64,000 nt of DNA from Marsupella aquatica (lineage: Eukaryota; Plantae; Marchantiophyta), in assembly GCA_973895155.1 (NCBI GenBank), contig OZ316899.1, positions 5,955,241 to 6,019,240 on the forward strand, in the 5' to 3' direction. This document shows positions 1 through 11,165 of the stretch, one piece after another. A program made the translations under genes and the position numbers. How positions within the stretch are numbered: position 1 is the stretch's first letter; every line of letters begins with the position of its first letter. The notes under the pieces were generated by a model, which worked only from the letters and a program-made list of their open reading frames with translations, was not told the origin of the DNA and searched no databases.

Positions 1-655
1 CCTCAGGTTGCTTACGCTTATTCCTGGGACCTTTCGCTTTCCCAGCTTCCCCCTCGGATCCCTTTCCACACACCTTCGCCAAGTGTGGCCGGTTATGCAC
101 CAACGTAGTGGCCTTGTCAAAGGCATCAGAAAGCGTTTTGAACTCTTGACGCTTTTCCTGTAACTTTTCCCTGAGCAACGGCGGGAGCTTCACTATAAAG
201 TTGTGAAGTTGCGTATGTAGGGTCTCTTGCCCCGCCGGGATACACGCTAACTGGTTTTGGTAATAAGTGAGGAACTTTTGGATATCACCCCTTAAGCTCA
301 TTTTCGTTACACATTTTTGCGCTTGCCGCTCCGGGTACTTGGTGGTGACATGAGCACGGAGATCCTCAACCAGGTTTTCCCAAGTTAACGGCAAGGAGGA
401 GTCCTCTTGCAACTTCTTCCACGACTTGTACCAAGTCAAGGCATAGTCCTTCAGGTAAGGAGCGGCTGTAGTAGCCCAAGTGGAATGCTCAATGCACGCT
501 TGGAGATGAATATATCTCCATCGTGGAGAGCCAACTCAGGAACTTTTGTCCACTTTGCTCATAGGCCCCGTCAGGTTGGGGGACGGTAGCTGGTTCACTT
601 GGAACATACTCTCTCCAACTACCATTCCCCCCTTGGGACGCGTCGCACTCTGACT
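1..655 (-). pseudogene. gag: Ty3/Gypsy retrotransposon gag (element G1), 3' part, frameshifted; runs off the window
   Basis: Manual minus-strand translation gives FLSWLSTMEIY...APYLKDYALTWYKSW...LTWENLVEDLRAH, the retrotransposon gag capsid pattern. Interrupted by the MULE insertion at 656-663. Confidence 0.75.
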
Positions 656-1329
656 ACCCAGACGGGTATAGCCACCAAGACAAGAAACAGGATAACAAGA
701 ATTCTGGTAGCATAATTTTTTTTGCTGTTATCAGGATTATGTTGTTGTTACCAGGAAAAGTTAGTCATTGGAACAGGATAATACTTCATTACTTCAAGCC
801 AGATACATCTGAAAAAAAGCAATATGCATTGCGCTTCATTTACATTCTAGAGCATAGAACCAACTAACACGGCAACAATTGTTGTCTGATGATAAGTGAG
901 TCCGGAATCACCAACATACTTCTGGAAAATAGTGTCCCAAAAACCACAGACACACAAACATTTACTAGTGAATGCCATGGGAAAAAACATTGACATGGTA
1001 GGTCCCACCATAAGTAACATAATATTATAGGCCAACAATAAGGCAGAAAACCACTAATGAAAACTCCGAACAATTTGAAAGACCACCAAAGATGGGCTAG
1101 CGCCTGGCGCTAGCTAAAATGGAAACAACCAACACATTTAGAAAATGACATTGGATGAATGCAGAATGTGGGAAACAAAAATTAAAAATATCATTTGTAG
1201 TTATAGGATTACAATGAAGTAAATGATAATAAGGAAGACTTCCATCCCAGCGCCAGGCGCTAACATAAAACTATACCGTTGTAATACGACAAAAACTAAT
1301 ATAACTGTTTCAAGTATAGGACAATATAT

Positions 1330-3860
1330 CCTTCTCTATAAACCATGAGCATTCTCCCTCTCCAAGATCAGTCGGACTTCTCCAATTGTGAGAATTGGTT
1401 GGCTGGTCAAAGTAGATTCCTCAACGTCTAGTTTGAAAACAGTCTGGAAAACTCAATACAAATGTTTGCAAGGCATATATGGATGTTTGCGAGAATGTCG
1501 ACGATAGAAATCCTCACAAGAACAAGTCAGGAAAATACAAATCTGCACAAAGTAACTATTTGACGTCCTTAGATTCTTATGTGTTTGTACTTTGAATTGC
1601 TTCCCCCATGAGTTCCCAATAGAAACATCCCACTGTCCCTGGACGGACATGGTCTCTTTTCTTGCAGATTCAATCCTCTTCATCTGACCATGGGTCAAGG
1701 TCGATCGAGGAACCGTGTTCTTTCCATTCCGACTCCGGAGACGAACAGTGGGTTCCAAAAGATTGACTCTTTCTGGAAATAAGTTTACGTTGATTTGAAG
1801 CTCGAAAAGTGATGGTGGAGGTAGAGGACCGTCTCTTCCTCGGGCTATAGGTATTCCCTGGTCAACAAGATACTTCATCTCAGCTTCCGAAACATTTGTT
1901 CCTTTTATAACAGGAAGAATATCAGGAAAGGAGGGTAGGTTCACTACACCATGGCGGGGACGGCTCCGATAACATGTGTTGTTTGGGCAAAACCATATCA
2001 TTTTGGCTATGGGTTCTCCCCTGAACATGCGTTGTCCTTTGACAACAATGCCGAGGACACCGTTTGATGAGGGGAACCCAACTTTCTTCACTCTATTTCG
2101 ACACTCATCTCTCTTGGAACTACCGCCAAATGACGCGTTGCACTGTGGACCGACCCCAAATTTTGATGTCTGACGCAGATGCCATGAACCCTGCATGACT
2201 TATGTTTCAAGAACTGGAGATTGGAGCGATGTCTGCTGAAGTACAGTGGGAGCGCTTTGTGGGTATTGTGTTGAACGTGATTGATGTTGACCCTGCGGTG
2301 TACTAAAATCATCACATTTTGCATCCCTCGAATCATCACTTCCTGAGAGATTGACAACGGAAATGTCATCAGGTTTTTCTTCCGATACGGAAGCAAACAT
2401 TGTGTGGTGCAGATTTTTACGCTTGAGTGATCTGGTATTCGGCGATGTGATAAGGACTTTATCATGCCGGTGGGAGTCTTGTGGCGAGACAATCCCAGTT
2501 GCAGCTCCTTTCCTCTTGACAGACTTTGTTAGAACATCTCTGTTGAGAGGAACGCTTCTCTCCAAGTCAAACTCAACTGCATTGGAGAGGAGCATGTTCA
2601 TCGCATCCTCGAACAGCTTTGGGGAACCTGCCTGGTCAGCTAAACGGAAAGCCAGTTCTCATATTGCCTCTTTCTCTACTCAATCCTTTCCGATATGCGG
2701 TATATGCTGCAACCTGAGATATAGCTCGATTCTGATCCATTTCACATGCCTCGGAGAGCCCAACTTTTTTTTTCATTACCCATGCTTTCATTCCTGCATG
2801 AACAGACTCTGATCCGGTACAGTTAGGAATCCTAGCGCCTTCTTCAGCACTTTTGTCCTGGAATGACAAAGCATAAACACTAGTAAGAATCCGCAAAACA
2901 TTTCGACAAAACCATCAATATTATTGTGTAATCACATGTTTATGAAAATAAACAGGTCAACATTTGAGAATCAATTACATTATTTGGATTCTTTGGATGG
3001 AATGTTGAGGAATGTCATCTGAAAAATGTCCTTTGTAAATGTACTTCTACAAAGGAATCTGACTTGCATATTACTAGCGCCAGGCGCTATTACTCACCAA
3101 GCAAATAAAATTTCCCCATTGCCTCCAACGCACGACCCACCACAATATCCAACTCTGAAGCATTCAGAGCTTTCCAGGTAAGCAGTTACCCAACTGCCAC
3201 CATAGGTCAATCTCTCTTGAAAGTCGGTAAGCCTCTACAAATGTTGGTGCGTTCCGTAATTTATCCCATAGCATTCGATGTTCCGCCCGCTTCTCTTCCA
3301 ACACCCCTTCAACAGAATGGCGATGAAAAGCTTGGTAAAAATGAAAAGCATCCGTCCTCTCCCGTTCAAGGTTTGGGTGCCCTCCAAAAAAAACATTCCG
3401 GACTGCTAACCATCTGGCTTGGGCATTGTCTGCCATGAAGCCATGAATGTTGGATTATCTAACCCATTCTCTTTGGAAACCTCAATCATTAATCTCCAAG
3501 CCTTCTCGAACGACGCCGTGTCCTCAGCTTTTAGCTTGCAAGTAAATATTGTACACAATGCGCGGTAATTGTGATCGTAAACGTGTGCGCTGAAAGTCAC
3601 CCAATCCTTGGTCATTCATTTCATGACATCGAAGCTTACCCAAGCACCTTCAAGCATCCCTCCAGGTTGCATTTGCCGCAAAAGATCCACCCCAAACCCA
3701 TGGCCTTTGGAAGTCATCTTAAATATGTGAGGTCTGTCTTCTTGAGATCCTTGACCTAGAAGGATGTACCTTTGTAGAAAAGGCATGTTGATATTCTTTT
3801 GATATCGAACAAGAAAATCCAACTCTCCACGGCCTTTCTGGTCCTGCCTAACACTCCTCC
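1330..3860 (-). pseudogene. MULE (MuDRA-like) DDE transposase with C-terminal SWIM finger; 5' part deleted; intron 2858-3097
   Basis: ORF pieces carry WVSFDVM (D1), FMA/DNAQA (D2), DAFH, GSESVHA (E) and TCSCEDF...PCKHLY (SWIM). Colinear with 59060-61479. The GT-AG intron is at the same position as in the second copy. Several stops and frameshifts. Confidence 0.85.
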
Positions 3861-4555
3861 AAGTTTGCCAGGTAGGCCCTTACCTTCTTCCTATCATGGT
3901 ACCGTGCTTGAGACATTGAATTGGAAATTTTATCTGCAAGCCACTGTTCATCAATCTTTGCTCCATTTCGAAATGAATCTTTGATTTGACTCATTACTTT
4001 CCTCTGGTCTGCCTTGCTGAGTTTCCCCCACTCAACTCCTCGTGCAAAATTGGAGCGCACCATAAGCCTGATAGTGCTCTTTGCCCCGGTGTAGGCCAGT
4101 TCAGTAGGAATGCCTTCAATCAAGGCAATCATAGGCAGCTTCTTCATCTCTTCCTCCTTCTTTCGCTGCTCCTCCCGCTGTGCTCTTATCTCATCTCGTT
4201 CCTCTCTCCTCCTCTTCTTTTCTAGGGCAGCAGGTGAGACTACTCCTGCCTTGGCCCTCTCCTCCTTCTTACGCTTCTTCTCTCTTGCCTTCTGTTGAGC
4301 TGCACTCCTTTGCTCCTCCTACCTTGCAATGTTCCCTGCAGCTACTCTCATTTGCAAGGCTTGCCCTAGGATTGCACTCAAAGAAGCAATCCCTGCTGGT
4401 GTAGTCAAATCTAAGCGGCTCAACTGTGCTACATTGAGGTGCTCAGCCATCAAATCGGTCCATCGATTCCTCTCCTGCTCCCCATTGCCTTCATTCCCAT
4501 TGCCACTATCACTCACCCCTGCCCCAACACCTCCATTTGCTCCACTGGAATCCAT
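3848..4555 (-). pseudogene. CACTA accessory (TnpA-like) ORF, 5' portion; one in-frame stop; truncated
   Basis: ORFs 4319-4573 and 3848-4147 are in the same frame across a TAG. K/R/E-rich coil, then EWGKLSKADQRKVMSQIKDSF...EQWLADKISNSMSQARY, resembling the Ptta/En/Spm TnpA N-terminal helices. Transcribed divergently from tnpD. Confidence 0.55.
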
Positions 4556-5910
4556 AGCTAAGCCACCCCCCAAGCGCGCGCGAGCTCCCTTCTCCCTCCC
4601 TGCGCTTGAAATTTGTCAAATGCCGTTGAGTACGCCGCGGCCGAGTGCTAAAGTACAAGCGGGAAAGACTTGCAAAGCAACCCGTTTCGCAATTTGCGAT
4701 CCTTCTCATTTCGCATGTAGTTTCTCAATTTTGCGAAACCATTGCGACGTGAAAGGTTCGCAACACCTTCGCTCTCTCGCAGAAATGCTCTCGGACTCTG
4801 TTTTTCTGAAGGTCGTGCGAAAGCATATGCTTCGCAAAATCCAATTCTAATTTGTGATGGTATTTGCGAAGGAAGTGGCTTCGCAAGACATTGGCAACTC
4901 GTCGTGGGGGGAATGTTGGTTTCATTTGAAAGGGTTTTTTTCAAAGGTAAAGTGGACCCCTCTATACTCATATTTGGAATGCTTTTTGGCCATGGACCCC
5001 TCTATACTCATATTTGGAATGCTTTTCGGCCATGTTTTGGGTGTTAGATAATACTTGAAGGCAGGTTTGAAGGGTTACTTACTCGGTTACTTAGGCAGAT
5101 TTCAGGTTAATGGGTTATGTATGGTGTCGGTTTAGGCTAAGGTTTGGGTTTACATTAGTTTAGAAGAAATAAAAAAGGTGTGGGATTTGGTTTACAAGAA
5201 ATAAGTAAGGTTTGGGTTTAGGGTTTTAGGGTTTGGGGTTTTTAAATAGAAAGGTCTCTAGGGTTGAAGAAAGGTTTGGTTTTATGTGTAAGTCAGATTT
5301 AGGTTTAATAGGTAGGATGCGGTTTGGGGTTGAAGGTTTGGATAAGACAAAGCAAGGTTTCATGAGATTTATATTGCAGCCTTTTGGGTTTAAGAGAGGT
5401 TCATTGGATTTATGAATCAAAAAGGGATTGGCATGGGTTTTGCTAACAAAGGAGGGGAATATATGATAGCTTGCAGGGTGCGGCACTTTTTGATGATTTG
5501 ATACTAATGCATATGCATTGTGAGAGCCCGGGCATCTGAAAGGTAAACATTGCATGACCGGCTCAAGTGTTCCTTTCATGTACTTAACACTTTTGGTTGC
5601 CACTATGTATAAAGGGGACATGTATATAGGGTTTTTTGTTCTTGTCTGGTCCAGATTATTGTGCTTACATATACATGGAATGCTTGCAGCTTTTCCCTCA
5701 TACTTTCAGATTGGGTTCATTAATTATCTTAGAGCCACAAGACCTATTGGCACTGCTGAGCCCGGGTCTCATAAAGGTACCTTTTACATTGCTATGGTCA
5801 TTTTGGTTTGGGTTTCTTGTCATCATTATTTGGGAACTTTGATTTATATCATTTTGTGGTATGTTTTGGTCATAACATGCCCATTTTAATTATATCTTGT
5901 TACAGGGGAT

Positions 5911-6144
5911 ATGTCTTCATCTTCTGAAATCTCCACCACAGACTCGTCCTCCTCTGATGAAGATACACCACCTCCACCTCAACATCACACGACCGCACCT
6001 CCTCCTCGCGGTCCACCCCGTCAACTTTGTGAATGTTCCAGATGTGTGGGTCAGGTTTCCCAAAAATCTTACATATGTGCCCAACATATTGAGAGATATG
6101 GGCGTTGTGGACGTCATACGGCAGGGGCTTCTTCATCTCATATG
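5911..6144 (+). CDS. Exon 1 of the CACTA C1 gene(s): transposase-associated Cys/His domain
   Basis: ATG at 5911. LCECSRC...ICAQHIERYG resembles the CxCxxC...H..G transposase-associated domain of TnpD. Strong donor ATG|GTAAGT after 6144 (phase 0). Confidence 0.75.
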
Positions 6145-6247
6145 GTAAGTGTTATGCCTTAGTTTTCCTACCCTATTCCCATTACTCAATGGTTGAAGGT
6201 TTTTAATTTCACACCTACTTTTGTTTGTTTTGGTTTCGGTGGAATAG

Positions 6248-7062
6248 GTATCCAATAGGCCTAGATCTGCGGCACAAGCACCCTATGTCCCATCACAAGG
6301 TGTTCTAGATGCTATAGGCAATGCATTCTCACAAGCCTTGGGTCTAGCGGCAAGGCCTACCAGTCCTAGGGAAGTTGGGGTTGAGGCTATTGTCCCAAGA
6401 GGGAGAAAGCGTTCCAAGAGGCGGGCCCGAGGGGATACTGATTTGTACAAGGCAGTGGTTATGGGTAGGTGGGGTGATTGTGAGTTCACTGGCAGATGTG
6501 TCCCTATCATCAAGGACTGGGATCCTGAGACTCTTGGTTTGCCACAACAGCTTTCCTATGGTGAGGAGGTAGAGGTTTGGGGTAGACGTTGGGTTATCAA
6601 ACCTTCCACACTTGGGGTAGACATGGCTATGGAGTTTTTGCCTGTGAGGACATCATTGTGGACGCCGAGAGTGGTAGAGGTGGACGCGGCCGAGAGGGGC
6701 CTACTTTGTTTCCTTATGGTGGACCCATCTACAAGAGAAGACATTGGAACATGATCCTTGCACAACACCCTGAGTGGAAAACTTATGCATTGGACATGGA
6801 TACTTTTGATGGAAACACTAGAAGGTATAGTGAGCAGCGTGTCATAGATGGGGACCCCATACGGACTGGGAATATTGCTGGTTTCATAAACAGTACCGTG
6901 GGGACTCGCCCTAAGCGTAGGCAAAATTGTGAGTGGGTCTTCATTGAGGGTCCTCCGCCAACACCTTATGGCCAGACATATCATCATGACCATTGCCTAG
7001 TTGTAGCGATGAGGACCATTAACTCAGGGGATGAGTTATTTACTCACTATGAGTGGGATTAG
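6248..7062 (+). CDS. SET-domain protein exon (putative lysine methyltransferase) with one 1-nt frameshift at about 6614-6617
   Basis: Acceptor AATAG| at 6247 is in frame with ORF 6338. SET motifs in order: VIKPSTLG/RHGYGVFA, LFPYGG, YALDM, VIDG...GNIAGFINS, QNCEWV, VVAMRTINSGDELFTHY. Basic NLS-like RGRKRSKRRAR. Confidence 0.85.
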
Positions 7063-7238
7063 GGTTAAGTTAAGGGTCATAGGTGGTATGTTGCATATCA
7101 AATGACACTACATATGGCCTTTGGCCATGTTTTGTATTTGCACCACAACCAATATTATTTCATTTTTGCACACCCCTAGCCCATTTTTGTGTGTGTTCTC
7201 TTTGCAATATAACTTTCAATTGTTTGCTTTGTTTTTAG

Positions 7239-10200
7239 AATGTGCGACCCTCTCCAAATATGTTACCACGGAGATTGAGAGCAACATATCGAGAAATGGG
7301 TATGTCAGAAGAAGGACATGGATCAGAGTCACACTCCTCATCAAGTGCTAGTGGAAGCAGTAACCCTGATGAAGAGGTACCTCGGACGGATGAACAAGTA
7401 ACTGATGACCAGGATAGAGCCATGGATGACTTTATGGTTGATTGGTTTGGTGCCGACAACCCTGGTGATGACCTTCCCAATGAAGGGCAGGTGCCCCCCA
7501 ATGATCCACGCCCAAGACATACCCCTGAGGGACAACGCCAATGGGAAGAAGCAGAGGAACATGCCCGAACACCTATCTATGAGGGTGCTCGTTTGAGTCG
7601 TCTTTCAGCCATCTTGGGGTTGATGAACTTACAGGCCAAACACAAGGCAAGCAATGCCTTGTTATCTGATATGTTTGCACTTTGCCATGACCTTATGTTA
7701 CCCACTGAGAATGTGTTGCCAGCAACTTGGAAGGAGGCAAAGAGTGTTCTCTCATCTATTGGCATGGAATATCATATTGTTCATGCATGTGTGAATGATT
7801 GCATGTTATTTCATGGGGCCAATGCAAACATGACACAATGTACAACATGTGATGAGCCTCGCTATGACCCCAACATGCTAACAAAGAAGGTACCAAGGAA
7901 GGCTGTTCGTTGGTTTCCCATCATTCCTCGGTTGTTGCACATGTATCGGTGTTCTGACTTGGCGGAGTTGATGGTATGGCATAAGACTCATCGATCAGAG
8001 TCTGGTGTCATGCGGTTGCCACTTGACTCCCCTGCTCACAAACATATTGAGGCAACATGGCCAGACTTTGCACATGATCCTCGCCATGTGAGGCTAGGAT
8101 TGGCATCTGATGGAGTTAGCCCTCATTCACTTGGAGGAAATGGGCAACCTACATCAGTTTGGCCTGTGGTTGTCATGAATTATAACCTCCCACCATGGCT
8201 ATCCATGAAGAAGGGGTTCCTTTTATTGTCTTTGATTATCCTAGGTCCAAAACAGGTGAAGAACTTTGACACTTACTTGGCACTATTGGTTGGAGAACTT
8301 CAAAAATTATGGGATGGAGTGTGGGCATATGATGGCAGGAAAATTACAGGAGGTTTTCCACGTGTCTTTCAATTGAGAGGGATCATTTGTTGGACAATGC
8401 ATGACTATCCTGGTAAGATGACTTCCATGCCATTTGCAACCCTTCGATAATGTGTAGTTCCTATTGTTGTTTCTCATGTGACAACCCTAACATAAAGTTT
8501 GCATGGTTTGATTTCTTCTGTGTAAGCAGGGTTTGGTTTTGTCTCTGGATTGCAAACTCAGGGGTACAAAGCTTGCTCTACTTGTGGCCCAAGCTTAGAG
8601 GACATGGCCACATATTGTTCATGGATTAGAAAGATTGTTTATATTGGGCATACAAAGTTTCTTCCCATGGGGCATGAGATGAGGTTTGACCCACTTCTAT
8701 TCTCCTTCTTTGACATGCCATTTGGTGATGAGCGTGAAATTCCTGATGCAACAAGTTTTGCACATTGGAAGTCACTAGCTAATAGGGTGGCAGACCCAAA
8801 TGATTCCTTCACCTTTGATAGGACAGGTTTGACCAGGTGGAGTATACTAGCCACTTTGCCCTATTGGTCTGAGTTGAAGATCCGCCATCTCTTAGACCCC
8901 ATGCACATAGAGGGAAATGTGGGGAAGGCTTTGATAAAATATTTTTATGGGGAGAAGGACACTAATTTTAGGGAGGCATGCGAGGAGATGGAAATGCATC
9001 CAGATGTTTGGGTGACAATTGATCCTATCACAGGTGTGGAGAATCGTCCTTCTGCTCCTTGGGTGTTGAGTGTTGGCCAAAGACGTGAATTTAAGAACCG
9101 TATAGGAGAGATGCGGTTTCCTACAGGCTATGGTGCCAACCTTCGGAAAGCTTTTGGGATGGAGGACAATCACAAGTGGCCATGATATCTGAAGACACAT
9201 GACTATCATCGCCTATTGTAGCATATATTGCCAGTGGCAATTATAGGTATAGGGAGCGAAGAAGTGCAAGATGTCATCTGGTCATTGGGTCGTTTGTTGA
9301 GATGGATATGCTCAAAGGAGATATATATAGAAGAGATCCCTGGGATGGAGGTATTGGCAGCTGAGGTGGTATGCAAGTTGGAGAAAGCCCTTCCTCCTTC
9401 CTTCTTTGATTGTCAGGTTCATTTACTTGTGCATCTTGTGCGGGAGGTTGCCATTGCTGGTCCAGTGCATTGTAGATGGATGTATTGGCTTGAGCGTTAC
9501 ATGGCGGTGTTGAAGGCTTATGTACGTAACCGTGCACGGGTGGAGGAAAGCATAGCTACAGGATACTTGGCAGCAGAGAGTATGTTTTATTGTAGTAACA
9601 TCTTGGCCACCATTGATCTTACTTGTCCACGTACTTGGATGGAGGAAAGAGAAGAGGAGGAGGACCATTTAACAGGTGCCACAAAAACACGCATGTTGAC
9701 ATCAACAGAGTGGTCACAGTTGACAACATTTATGTTGAGTAATAGTAATATCATGGAGAAATGGAGAGAGCTTTATGAGAATGCCAAGAGAACAAGTCAA
9801 AGAGCAAGAATTTATCCTAAGATGCATGAGTATATGAAGCAAAAGTTGCTTGAGTTGGATGACATGGTGACCCAAGGAGGAGATGTGTCCCACTTTCCTA
9901 CCATCACAGATGACGTTCGGACCATTGTTCATGGCCCTTTGAGAGTGGTGACATCCAAGACGGCTATGTGGACACAAGGGAGACACTTCAGGTCCACTAG
10001 TACCTAACCTTTCTTCCTCCATTAATTCATGTAGACCTTATTTTGATTAGTTATTTCTATTGTTTAAAAACTTTCTATTATCATTAATGACATCCATAAC
10101 TGTAATGTTGGCTTCTATATTTATGCCATAGGCCATGTGGGTTTTTGCTATTTAGGGATGGGTGTCATATTTTGATGATTATTACATTAATGGTATCTTT

Positions 10201-10720
10201 TGTGTAATAAAAATTTGTGGGTTTTGTTAATTTTAGGGTTTCTTCCCTTGATGAGAAGAGGGGTCGTACTTTTGATTGTGGAGTTCAAGGGGAATTTTCT
10301 TTAGACTCCAGAAGCAGCCGCCATGACAGGAACATTGTTAGAGATGTTGTGCCACACTATGGGAAGATAGAGGAGATCTTGGTGGTATCATATGACAACC
10401 ATTCAAAGTTTGAGGAATATGTCTTCAAGTGCAAGTGGTTCAAAGTGAACCTTGTTGGTCAAAATTGCACTGTACTTCAAGATGAGAGTGGGTTTACACG
10501 GTTGAAGACAAGTGCCACTAGTGTTCAAGCATCTCATTGGCAAATATCAGAACCATTTGCTTTCCCATCACACTTGGAGCAATGTTTCTACATTCCATAC
10601 CCCTTAGACACCGAGTGGTCAATTGTCATCACCTATGTGCCACGTTCTCGTTCCATCTGAGAAGCCAGATGTTATTGTATCAGACCTAGATGACCTTGAG
10701 GCCGATGAGGACCAAGTGCG
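7239..10720 (+). pseudogene. tnpD: CACTA TnpD (Tnp2) transposase, exons 7239-8412, 8530-9991 and 10237-~10720
   Basis: HACVNDCML, RWFPIIPRL, RLGLASDG, SVWPV, YNLPPW, TMHDYPG, LDPMHIEGN, KTHDYH, PPSFFDCQVHLLVHL, GPVHCRWMYWLERYM, FKCKWF. GT-AG introns keep the frame. In-frame stops at 9183 and 9219. Confidence 0.95.
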
Positions 10721-10979
10721 AGGGACATATTTATATGCACTTGGGTCCAGCCTAGACATTTGTTCATGTTATATTTGATTTGTTCATGTTTGGTGATATA
10801 AAAAAAAGTATTGTCTATATTTATATTTGTCATTCACTTTTGAATGAGTCATACTCATGACATGTATTGTATTGTTTTATTGTGATCACTTGTGAATTTT
10901 ACATGCAACTTTCTATCTAACCTCTGTTGCTCAATATAACTTTATTTCCTACTTATTCCATAATTTTCATTGTCACCCT

Positions 10980-11165
10980 CATGTTTCCCTCCTCCGTGGT
11001 ACGTCTGTCCCTCCTCCTCCCTTCCTCTTTCTCCTTTCTTCCTCTTTCTCCTCCCTCCTTCCTCTTCCATTGTACTCCCTCCCTTTTCCATCCTTCATTG
11101 TACCGGCCTCCTCCATCCTCCCTTCCTCTTCCCTCCTGCCCCATCCATATATTGGACCATCCACC
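10980..11165. repeat. Pyrimidine-rich (CT/CCT) low-complexity tract
   Basis: Runs of cctc/cttc; the ORFs called here are compositional artefacts. Confidence 0.7.

Noticed and set aside
4329-4850. 173-aa plus-strand ORF, and similar ORFs antisense to tnpD, gag and pol
   Set aside because: Shadow frames opposite better-supported coding sequence, with no motifs.
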